Origin: Thermoleophilaceae bacterium
Lineage (GTDB): Bacteria; Actinomycetota; Thermoleophilia; Solirubrobacterales; Thermoleophilaceae
Direction of reading: 5' to 3'
Length of the DNA stretch: 64,000 nucleotides
Assembly: GCA_036555755.1 (NCBI GenBank)
Contig: DATBKS010000246.1
Location: 1,833 to 65,832, forward strand
The position numbers and the translations under genes are program-made. Every line of letters begins with the position of its first letter. Positions within the stretch are counted from its first letter, which is position 1. Positions 19,026-27,578 of the stretch are shown here, one piece after another. A model generated the notes under the pieces. It searched no databases. It worked only from the letters and a program-made list of their open reading frames with translations, and had not been told where the DNA came from.

Positions 19026-20290
19026 CGCCCGGCGCACATCGCAAGCGCGGTGAGCGCGTAGACGCGTGAGGCGCGCAGCAGGTCCTCCTTGCGCACGGCG
19101 AACGTGCCGGCGCCGGCGACCCCCGGCGGGCCGTAGGTGAGCGACGGGATGCCCGCCTCGTTGAAGACGTTGTGGTCGCGCCACATGCTGCACTCGGGCG
19201 GCGTGGCTATCTCGCAGTCGGCGTCGAACTCGAAGCGGTGGGCCTCGTCGACCGCGTCCGAGAGCGGCTCGATGCCCTTGGCCTCATAGCCCGGCCGGTC
19301 GACGAACTGCTCGACCGATCCCTCGAGGCCCAGTTCGTCGAGCAGCTCGCGCAGCTCGTGGCCGATCGCGCCGCCGTCCTGCCCGGGCACGGTGCGGATG
19401 TCCAGGTACAGCATGCAGACCTCGGGGTTCTGAAGCACGAGCCAGGGCTGCCCGCCGCGAATCGCGGATACGTTCACCCGCGGTACCACCGTGCCGCCCG
19501 GCGACTCGTAGGTATGCCGCTGCTCGTACTCGAGCGCCCACTCCTCGAGCCGCTCGATCAGCGGCAGCGCGCGCACGATCGCGTTGGGGTGCTCGCCCGG
19601 CGGGTAGGGACGGCTGACGTATGGCGTGTACAGCACGGGGCCGCCGTACACGGTGATCTTGTAGAAGGCCTTGCCGGCCTCGATCCAGCCCTTGCGGAAC
19701 GCGGTCGCCTCCGCGCATACGCAGAAGCCGGCGCGCGGCGTGTGGTTGACGAGATAGCGCGCGCCGACCTCCTTGCTGAGGTAGCGCTTGCCCTGAAACT
19801 CGTCGACGGGCTCCTGGCCGATCTCGCCGGGGACCATCGTGAGGTAGATGCTGCCGCGAAGCTTTACGCCGGCATCGCGGATCGCGGTGGCGGCCAGCAT
19901 CCAGGCGGCCATCGGTCCCTTGTCGTTCACGATCGGGTTGCCGACCAGAAGCTCGCCGTCCTCGCGGCCGAGGTGGAAGTCGTCGTCGCCCGGATCGCGC
20001 CAGATCAGATGGTCGTCGCGGCGCATCCAGGTGTCGATATGGCTGTTGAAGGCGAGCGCCGGACCCTCCCCGCTGCCGGGCAGCTCCGCGAACACGTTGA
20101 AGCGGTCCTCGAACATGCCGACGCGCCGCGGCGAATAACCGTTGTCCGCCAGCCACTGGTAGATCAGCTCAGCGCCCTCGCCCTCCCCTCCGGGCGGCGC
20201 CTCGACGCTCGTGATGTGGAGCGCGAGCTCGACCAGGTCGCGCTCCGTGATGCGCTCGAGGACGGCGTCCGCCACCTGGGCATCGATCAT
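19022..20290 (-). CDS. M20-family metallopeptidase/deacylase, copy 1
   Basis: Starts at Met23 of track ORF 19022..20356, in an ATGA overlap with the upstream stop. Motifs ALAFNSHIDT and NDKGPMAAW. Clear paralogue of 47596..48864. Confidence 0.85.
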   Translation of the reverse strand: MIDAQVADAVLERITERDLVELALHITSVEAPPGGEGEGAELIYQWLADNGYSPRRVGMFEDRFNVFAELPGSGEGPALAFNSHIDTWMRRDDHLIWRDPGDDDFHLGREDGELLVGNPIVNDKGPMAAWMLAATAIRDAGVKLRGSIYLTMVPGEIGQEPVDEFQGKRYLSKEVGARYLVNHTPRAGFCVCAEATAFRKGWIEAGKAFYKITVYGGPVLYTPYVSRPYPPGEHPNAIVRALPLIERLEEWALEYEQRHTYESPGGTVVPRVNVSAIRGGQPWLVLQNPEVCMLYLDIRTVPGQDGGAIGHELRELLDELGLEGSVEQFVDRPGYEAKGIEPLSDAVDEAHRFEFDADCEIATPPECSMWRDHNVFNEAGIPSLTYGPPGVAGAGTFAVRKEDLLRASRVYALTALAMCAGR

Positions 20291-21744
20291 GCCGGCGTCC
20301 CCTTCTTGAACACGTGGCCCTTCGTGTGGTCGTCGGGCCAGAAGCGCTCGTCCCATTCGCGCGACAGCTCGACGAAGCGCGGCGCCTCCTTCTGCATCGC
20401 GCGCAGGATCGCCGGCTCGTCCATCGTCTTGACCTCGCCCCCGCGCACCACCACGCGCCCGTCTACGAGCACCGTGTGCACAAGGTTGCCGCTGCCGGAG
20501 TAGACGAGGTTCGCCAGCAGGTTGTCCTCGTGCCAGGGCACCATCTCCGGCCGCATCAGGTCGAGCACGATCACGTCGGCGCGCTTGCCGGGCTCGAGCG
20601 TGCCGATCTCGTCCTCGAGCAGCATCGCCTTGGCCGAGCCGATGGTGGCCAGCTCAAGCGCCTCGTACGGCGAGATCAGCGTCCAGTCGAGCCGCGCCTC
20701 CTTGTGGCCGGTCGCGGCCAGATGCACCTCGCGGAACATGTCGAGGAAGCACGCCGCGGCGGGGCCGTCCGTGCCCAGTCCGACGGTGGCGCCCCCAGCC
20801 ATCAGCTCGGGGAAGCGGCCCTTGGTGAAGGCGCCGTAGGCGCCCTTCATGCTCGCGCTCGGGCAGTGGATGGCCGCCGCGCCGGTCTCCATCAGCAGCT
20901 CGACCTCGTTCTCGCTGAGCCACGCCATGTGCGTGCCGGCGAAGCGGCGGTTGAGGATGCCGAGCGAGTTGAAGCGCTCGATCGGGCGCGTGCCGAAGCG
21001 CAGGTCGTGCGCCTCGATGTCCTCGCGGTCGACGTTGGAGTGGGTCACCACGCCGACGTTGAAGCGCTCCGCCAGCGCCATCGCGCCCTCGCACAGCTCG
21101 TCCGAGGAGGACGTCACCTGGATCGGGCACGGCCATGCGCGGACGCGCCCGTCCGCGGCGCCGTCGAACTTGGCGATGAAGCTCTCCGCGTGCTCGAGGT
21201 TCTCCTTCGTGACCTTGTCGGAGCGGCTCAGGAACTCGGCGAGGTCGTCCTGGACGTCGGCCATCGCGCGCGCCAAGACGGCGCGGATGCCGGCGGTCTC
21301 GACGCCGTGCACCGCGGCCTCCTCGAGCTCCTGGTAGGTGCCGCAGTCGAGGAACGCGGTGGTGCCGGTCTTGAGCATCTCGATGCTCGTGAACTGGGTG
21401 CCGAGGTAGTAGTTGTCCGGGTTCAGGCCCTTGGACGTGACGTAGAACTTCTTCTGGATCCAGGGCGTGAACGAGAGGTCGTTCACGAGCCCGCGGGCGA
21501 ACGCGCCGAACAGATGCATGTGCGTGTTCACGAGGCCCGGCATCACGAGCTGGTCGCGCGCGTCGATCGTCTTGCGGGCGGCGTACGTGCGGCGCAAGTC
21601 GGCGGTCGAGCCCGTGGCGACGATCCGTCCGCCGTCGATCGCCAGCGCGCCGTCCCAGAGCAGGTCTCTCTCGCCGGTCATCGGCAGCACGACGCCGTGC
21701 TCGATCAGCAGGTCGATCTGCTGGGGTTGTTCGCTGTCAGGCAT
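20287..21744 (-). CDS. Amidohydrolase-superfamily deaminase/chlorohydrolase-like enzyme (TRZ/ATZ, SsnA, guanine-deaminase-like group)
   Basis: 485 aa. Metal motif PGLVNTHMHL. Typical N-terminus LLIEHGVVLPMTGERDLLWDGALAIDGGRIVATG. Confidence 0.85.
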   Translation of the reverse strand: MPDSEQPQQIDLLIEHGVVLPMTGERDLLWDGALAIDGGRIVATGSTADLRRTYAARKTIDARDQLVMPGLVNTHMHLFGAFARGLVNDLSFTPWIQKKFYVTSKGLNPDNYYLGTQFTSIEMLKTGTTAFLDCGTYQELEEAAVHGVETAGIRAVLARAMADVQDDLAEFLSRSDKVTKENLEHAESFIAKFDGAADGRVRAWPCPIQVTSSSDELCEGAMALAERFNVGVVTHSNVDREDIEAHDLRFGTRPIERFNSLGILNRRFAGTHMAWLSENEVELLMETGAAAIHCPSASMKGAYGAFTKGRFPELMAGGATVGLGTDGPAAACFLDMFREVHLAATGHKEARLDWTLISPYEALELATIGSAKAMLLEDEIGTLEPGKRADVIVLDLMRPEMVPWHEDNLLANLVYSGSGNLVHTVLVDGRVVVRGGEVKTMDEPAILRAMQKEAPRFVELSREWDERFWPDDHTKGHVFKKGTPA

Positions 21745-22993
21745 TGGTGACCTCCGGACGGTGGTGAAGGTTGCTCTCGAGGCGGCTCTCGGCCATCAGG
21801 CGGCCGCCGTAGAAGACGAGTCGCCGAGGCGGCACGAGGCGTAGCGCCTCGCGCACGCTGGACGCGTCGATGACGACGAGGTCGGCGCGGTCGCCGGGCT
21901 CGATGCCGTAGCCCTCGAGCCGCATGGCGCGCGCGGCGTTGTAGGTGATCATGTCGAAGACCGTCTCGAGCTCCGGCAGGTAGGTGAGCTGGGCGACGTG
22001 GGCCGTGTACTGGCCCACCTCGATCTGGTCCGGCTTGCCGAACGGGTAGTAGGGGTCGTTCACGTCGTCCTGCGCGGACAGCACGTTAACGCCGGCGTCG
22101 AGCAACTCGCGCACGCGCGTGATCCCGCGCCGCACGAGGCCGCGGTCGGCGCGCCCGTCGAGCACCAGGCTGATCTGGGTGTTCGAGGCGATCGAGATCT
22201 CGGCGTCCTTCACGTAACCGATCACCCGCGCCGCGTGGTTGTCGTCATAGGCGGCGAGCGCCCCGCAGTGGCTCGCGGTGACGCGTCCCTGGTAACCCTC
22301 CTCGATGGTCCGCACGGCGAGGTACTCGAGGCTGCGCGACAGCGGATCGTCGGTGTCGTCCGCGAGCATGTGAATGTCCTTGCCGGTGCGCTTCGCGAGC
22401 TCGAGGCAGAAGTCGATGTGCTCGCGCACGTGGCGGTCGAGCCGCTCGTACCAGGGCAGGCCGCCGACGACGTCGCAGCCGAGGTCCATCGCCTGCTCCA
22501 TCAGCTTGTCGCACCCCGGGTTGCGCACGATGGCCTCCTGCGGGAAGGCGACGACCTCGAAGGTGATCAGGCCCTCGAAGCGGCGCTTCAGCTCGAGCAG
22601 GCCCTCGACCGGCACGAGCCCGCCGATCGTGTCCACGTCCGCGAAGCCGCGCATCGCCGTGGTGCCGTTGACGATCGCCGCCTCGATCACCGGCGACGCC
22701 CGGTCGGCGATCTCCTGCGCCGTGTAGGAGCGCTTGTGGTCCCAGGTGATCTCGATCGCCTCCTGGAGCGTCTGCGACTCGTTCTGGCGCATCACGTCGC
22801 CGAGCATGCACTTGTCGAGATGCTGGTGGGCATTGATCAGCCCGGGCACGAGCAGGCCGCCGCCACCGTCGTGCTCGGCGTCCGCGGAGTCGTCGATCGA
22901 CTGCTCGATCGCGGCGATCCGATCTTCTTCGAGGGCGACGTCGAAGGAGCCTTCGCGGCCGCGCAGCCGCACGTTTCGGATGATCTGCTTCAA
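21737..22993 (-). CDS. Cytosine-deaminase-like amidohydrolase (CodA/AtzC-like)
   Basis: Last 418 codons of track ORF 21737..24658. The TTG start forms a TTGA overlap with the paralogue B stop, with AAGGAG 9 nt upstream. Motifs PGLINAHQHLDK and DIHMLADDTDDP. Confidence 0.85.
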   Translation of the reverse strand: MKQIIRNVRLRGREGSFDVALEEDRIAAIEQSIDDSADAEHDGGGGLLVPGLINAHQHLDKCMLGDVMRQNESQTLQEAIEITWDHKRSYTAQEIADRASPVIEAAIVNGTTAMRGFADVDTIGGLVPVEGLLELKRRFEGLITFEVVAFPQEAIVRNPGCDKLMEQAMDLGCDVVGGLPWYERLDRHVREHIDFCLELAKRTGKDIHMLADDTDDPLSRSLEYLAVRTIEEGYQGRVTASHCGALAAYDDNHAARVIGYVKDAEISIASNTQISLVLDGRADRGLVRRGITRVRELLDAGVNVLSAQDDVNDPYYPFGKPDQIEVGQYTAHVAQLTYLPELETVFDMITYNAARAMRLEGYGIEPGDRADLVVIDASSVREALRLVPPRRLVFYGGRLMAESRLESNLHHRPEVTNA

Positions 22994-25290
22994 GAGTCGG
23001 TCACTCCTTTGTTCTTTGAGTCGCCTCCCACGAGGGCTAGCAGCGCGTCGGGGGTGAGCGGCAGGCGGCTGAGGACGCGGTCGTCGCCAAGGGCGTCCGC
23101 CACGGCGTTTGCGATCGCCGCGCCGGAGCCGACGATCCCGCCCTCGCCAGCGGCCTTCGCCCCGAGCGGGTTGGCGGTGGACTCGTCCCAGTGGGGCAGG
23201 TCGAGCTGCACGGTGTCGACGCGCGGCACCTCCGCTGCGGTCGGCATCAGGTAGTCCATGAACGAGGTCGCGAGCGGCTGCCCCGCGGCGTCGTAGGCGA
23301 GGTCTTCGAATAGCGCGCCGCCGACCCCCTGTGCGGCGCCGCCGACGAGCTGTCCATCGACGAGCTGCGGGTTCAGCGCCTGGCCGATGTCCTGGCAAAC
23401 GAGGATGCGGGTCACCGAGACGGCGCCGGTGTCGGCGTCCACCGCCACCTGCGCGAGGCACGCGCCCATGTCGAAGCTCGGGAGCGGCTTGTCGAAGCGG
23501 TGATGCCCGGTGCAGCCGAGCTCGGCGATCGGGATGCCGCGGCTCGGGTTGCCGCGCGGGTGCACCACGGCGCCGGGTCCGAACTCGAGGTCGCTCTCCG
23601 CGATCTCCAGACGGTCCGCGGCGGCGGTGAGCGCCTTGCGCTTGAGATCCGTCGCCGCGCCCACCACCGCGCCGCCCCCGATGATCGTCGTGCGGCTCGC
23701 ATACGCGCCGAAGCCCTGCGGCACGAGATCGGTGTCCCGGTGGCTGATCTCCACCTCCTCGATGTCCACCTGGAGGTGGTCGGCCACCACTTGTGCGAGC
23801 GCGGTGCGCACGCCCTGGCCGAGCGATGCGATCCCGACGTGCGCCACCCAGCCACCGGCCTCCCCCGGGACAATCCAGGCGTACTCGTGGCGCCCGAACG
23901 CCGTCTCCTCGACGTAGGCGGCCATGCCGATGCCCACCAGCTCGCCGCGGGAGCGACGCTCCGCGGTCTCGGCCCGCAGCTGCTCGTAGGAGCTCTGCGC
24001 GAGCAGGGTCGACACGACCTGCGGGAAGTCGCCGTTGTCGTAGATCACCGGCGGCTGGATGTCGCTCAGCTCCATGCGGTATGGCATCGCGTCGGCCCGG
24101 ATGAGGTTCTGCGAGCGCACCTGAGCCGGGTCGAGCTCGAGCGCACACGCCAGGCGGTCGACCATCCGCTCCCTGAAGAAGGCGGCCTCGTACTGGCAGG
24201 GCGCTCGGTAGGTGCCCGACGGCGTCTTGTTGGTGAGAACGCTGCGGGCCTCGATCTCGAGCCCCTCCCATACGTACGGGCCGGCCAGGTGGTGGACCAG
24301 CACCCACGGGAGGAGGAGAGTGCCGTGGGTGCGGGCGTATGCCCCCTGGTCCACCAGGCACGACGCGCGGAAGCCAAGCAACCGACCGCTCGTTGTCGCA
24401 CCGATCTCGAAGTCGCACCACGTCTCGCGGGAGTGGTTGATGGCCACGAAGTGCTCGTGCCGATCCTCCACCCACTTGACCGGACGGCTGAGCTGCATGG
24501 CGAGCCACGGCACGAGGAAGTCCTCCGGGTAGAACTCCCCGCGAGCGCCGAAGCCGCCGCCCACGTCCGGCTCGACGAAGCGGACGGCCTCCTCGTCGAG
24601 ACCCAGGAAGCCGGCGAGCAGCGTGCGGTTGAAGTGCTTGACCTTCGTGGGGCCCCACACGGTCAGGCGCCGCGTGCCTGGGTTGAACTCGGCGAGCAGG
24701 CCGCGCGTCTCGAGCGGGATGGCGGCGTGGCGCTGGATGCGCAGGCGGTCGCGGACCACGACGTCCGCCGCGCTGAGCAGCTCGTCTACGTCGCGCCCCC
24801 AGCGCGAGCGGAGCGTGTTCACGACGTTGCCGGTGAGCGCGTCCGCGTGTAGCGCCGGCGCGTCGCCGCGCCCGGCGCTCGGGCCGTCGAGCAGTGGCTC
24901 GATGCCCTCGATCTCAACCTCCACGTCCTCCACGGCGTCCTCCGCCGTGTACGGATCCTCGGCCAGCACCACCGCCAGCGGCTCGCCGACGTAGCGCACG
25001 AGTCCGCGCGCGAGCGGCGGCTGCGTGACCGGCACCGCCTCGTCGGAGGGCATCATGCGGACGGGGATCCGGATGTCGGGGATGTCGTCGGCCGTGATCA
25101 CACCGACTACGCCGGGATGACTGCGGGCGCGCTCGGTCCGGATCGCCACGATGCGCCCGTGGGCAACGTCGCTGCGCACGATGCGTGCGCTGAGCTGGCC
25201 GCCGCGGCCGAGGTCGTCGAGGAAGCTTCCGCGGCCTGTGAGCAGCGGACCGTCCTCGACGCGCGGCACCGACTGGCCGATGTACGTCAT
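22990..25290 (-). CDS. Mo-hydroxylase large subunit, paralogue B
   Basis: Last 766 codons of track ORF 22990..27489. N-terminus MTYIGQSVPRVEDGPLLTG. Motifs DVGGGFGARGEFYPEDF, GTYRAPCQ and GAKAAGEGG. ATGA overlap with the paralogue C stop. Confidence 0.9.
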   Translation of the reverse strand: MTYIGQSVPRVEDGPLLTGRGSFLDDLGRGGQLSARIVRSDVAHGRIVAIRTERARSHPGVVGVITADDIPDIRIPVRMMPSDEAVPVTQPPLARGLVRYVGEPLAVVLAEDPYTAEDAVEDVEVEIEGIEPLLDGPSAGRGDAPALHADALTGNVVNTLRSRWGRDVDELLSAADVVVRDRLRIQRHAAIPLETRGLLAEFNPGTRRLTVWGPTKVKHFNRTLLAGFLGLDEEAVRFVEPDVGGGFGARGEFYPEDFLVPWLAMQLSRPVKWVEDRHEHFVAINHSRETWCDFEIGATTSGRLLGFRASCLVDQGAYARTHGTLLLPWVLVHHLAGPYVWEGLEIEARSVLTNKTPSGTYRAPCQYEAAFFRERMVDRLACALELDPAQVRSQNLIRADAMPYRMELSDIQPPVIYDNGDFPQVVSTLLAQSSYEQLRAETAERRSRGELVGIGMAAYVEETAFGRHEYAWIVPGEAGGWVAHVGIASLGQGVRTALAQVVADHLQVDIEEVEISHRDTDLVPQGFGAYASRTTIIGGGAVVGAATDLKRKALTAAADRLEIAESDLEFGPGAVVHPRGNPSRGIPIAELGCTGHHRFDKPLPSFDMGACLAQVAVDADTGAVSVTRILVCQDIGQALNPQLVDGQLVGGAAQGVGGALFEDLAYDAAGQPLATSFMDYLMPTAAEVPRVDTVQLDLPHWDESTANPLGAKAAGEGGIVGSGAAIANAVADALGDDRVLSRLPLTPDALLALVGGDSKNKGVTDS

Positions 25291-27578
25291 TCGGACGCCG
25301 CCGCGAGTTCCTGAATGGTCTCCGGCATCAGCGGCAGCGACGCGATGTGGCGGCCCGGCGCCCCCAGCGCGTCGTGCACAGCGTTCGCGACGGTCGCCGC
25401 GGTGGCGATGATCCCGCCCTCGCCGCCACCCTTCGCGCCGGCAAGCGGGTCCGTGCTGCTCGTGTGCCCGAGCTCCACCAGCTGCACGAGCATGGGCGGC
25501 ATCTCGGCGGCCGTCGGCATCGCGTAGTCGAGGAAGCTCGTGGACAGCGGTTGCCCGTCGGGGGCGTAGGAGAACTCCTCGAACAGCGCGCCGGCGAAGC
25601 CCTGCACGGCGGCGCCCTGCACCTGGCCCTCGAGGGTCTGCGGGTTGATCGCCTTGCCAACCTCGTAGGCGATCGCGTAGTTCAGGAGCTTGATCTCGCC
25701 CGAGTCGCGGTCGACCTCGACCACGCCCACGTTCGCGCCCATGAGCACGTGCGAGCCGCCCTCCGGCTCGTAGCGGTAGAAGGCCTCGAGCCCGAGCTCG
25801 GAGAGCGGCACCTCGAGCTTGCGCGTGCCCTCCTCGGCCCGGGCCATCCCTCCCTCCACCGTCACGACCTCGGGCGGCGCTTCGAAGCGCTCGGCCGCGG
25901 CGTCGCGTGCGAGCTCGTACAGCTCCTTCACCGCGCCGGCGATCGCGTAGCCGCCCCAGACGGTCGCGCGGCTCGAGAAGGCGCCCTGGCCCTCGGGCAC
26001 CGTGGCCGTGTCCTGGTAGCGCACGGCCACCCGCTCGATCGGCACCCCGAGCAGGTCGGCGGCCACCTGCGAGAGCACCGTCTCGACACCCTGGCCCACC
26101 GACGCCACGCCCACATGCGCCGTGAACGTGCCGTCCGTCTCGGCCACGATGCGCGCCTGCTCGAACACGCCCGGGTTGCCCATCTCGATGAAGGCCGTGA
26201 CGCCGAGGCCGAGACATTCGCCCCGCGCCTTCCTCTCGTCCACATGCGCGCGCAGCTTCGAGTACTCCACCTTCTCGAGCAGTCCCTCGAACACGAGCGG
26301 GAAGTCGCCCTCGTCGTAGAACACGGGCTTGCCGGTGTCCACGTCCGGCAGGCCGCTGTTGTACGGCATGTCCTTCGGCGTGACGATGTTGCGACGGCGG
26401 AACTCCACTGGGTCCGCGCCCACCTGGCGAGCGACGATGTCCACCATGCGCTCGCGCACGAAGGTGGGCTCGTACTGGCCGGGGCCGCGGTAGGTGCCCG
26501 ACGGTGTCTTGTTGCTCAGCACGGTCATGGCGTCCGCCTCGTACGCCTGCCAGCGGTACGGGCCGGGCATGTGGTTGAGCATCAGCATCGGCAGCAGCAC
26601 GCTGCCGTGGGTGCGCGCGTAGGCGCCCTGGTTCCACCAGGCGTGGGCGCGGAAGCCGAGCAGCTCGCCGTCGTCGGCGGCGGCGTACTCCACGTCCCAT
26701 TCCTGCTCGCGCGAGTGGTTGAGGGCAATCAGGTTCTCGCGCCGGTCCTCCACCCACTTCACCGGCCGGCGCAGCTCGATCGCGAGCCAGGGGATCAGGT
26801 AGTCCTCGGGGTAGAACTCGCCGCGCGCGCCGAAGCCGCCGCCCACGTCGCCCTCGATGCAGCGGATCCGCTCCTCCGGGATCGCGAGCATGTCGGAGAG
26901 GATCTTGCGGTTGAAGTGCTTGACCTTGGCCGCGCCCCAAACGGTCACTCTCTCGGTCTCCTCGTCCCATTCCGCGAGCAGGCAGCGCGTCTCCATCGGC
27001 ACCGCGCCGTGGCGCTGCACGCGGAAGCGCTGGGTCACCACCACCGGCGCGTCCGCGAACAGCTCGTCGAGGCTGTCGGCATTGTGGCTCACGGCCACGC
27101 GATCGATCACGTTGGTGCCGATCTCGGGGTTTAGCAGCGCGGCGTCCGTGGCGCCCGCGGAGAGCGAGTCGAGCACCGGGGCAAGCGGCTCGATCTCCAC
27201 CCGCACGTCCTCGGCCGCGTCCTCGGCGATGTAGGAGCTGCTGGCCACCACCACCGCCACGGGATCGCCGACGTAGCGGACCCGGTCCCGCGCCAGCGGC
27301 GCCTGCAGAGCGCGCTCGGCGTTCTCGGTCGGGAACAAGCGGATCGGCACGTTGACCTCCGGCAGGTCGCGCGCGGTGATCACCCGAACGACGCCGGGGC
27401 GCTGCTCGGCCACCGAGGTGTCGATCTCCCGGACTATCCCGTGGCTCACGGGGCTCCGCACCACGTGGGCGTGAAGCTGGTTCTGGCACTCGAAATCCGC
27501 CCCGAAGCAGCCGGTTCCCGTGAGCAGCCTGTGATCTTCGACCCGTGGGATCGAACGCCCCACGTAGGCTGGCGTCAT
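25287..27578 (-). CDS. Mo-hydroxylase large subunit, paralogue C
   Basis: Track ORF, 763 aa. N-terminus MTPAYVGRSIPRVEDHRLLTG. Motifs DVGGGFGARGEFYPEDY, GTYRGPGQ and GAKGGGEGG. ATGA overlap with the paralogue D stop. Confidence 0.9.
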   Translation of the reverse strand: MTPAYVGRSIPRVEDHRLLTGTGCFGADFECQNQLHAHVVRSPVSHGIVREIDTSVAEQRPGVVRVITARDLPEVNVPIRLFPTENAERALQAPLARDRVRYVGDPVAVVVASSSYIAEDAAEDVRVEIEPLAPVLDSLSAGATDAALLNPEIGTNVIDRVAVSHNADSLDELFADAPVVVTQRFRVQRHGAVPMETRCLLAEWDEETERVTVWGAAKVKHFNRKILSDMLAIPEERIRCIEGDVGGGFGARGEFYPEDYLIPWLAIELRRPVKWVEDRRENLIALNHSREQEWDVEYAAADDGELLGFRAHAWWNQGAYARTHGSVLLPMLMLNHMPGPYRWQAYEADAMTVLSNKTPSGTYRGPGQYEPTFVRERMVDIVARQVGADPVEFRRRNIVTPKDMPYNSGLPDVDTGKPVFYDEGDFPLVFEGLLEKVEYSKLRAHVDERKARGECLGLGVTAFIEMGNPGVFEQARIVAETDGTFTAHVGVASVGQGVETVLSQVAADLLGVPIERVAVRYQDTATVPEGQGAFSSRATVWGGYAIAGAVKELYELARDAAAERFEAPPEVVTVEGGMARAEEGTRKLEVPLSELGLEAFYRYEPEGGSHVLMGANVGVVEVDRDSGEIKLLNYAIAYEVGKAINPQTLEGQVQGAAVQGFAGALFEEFSYAPDGQPLSTSFLDYAMPTAAEMPPMLVQLVELGHTSSTDPLAGAKGGGEGGIIATAATVANAVHDALGAPGRHIASLPLMPETIQELAAASE

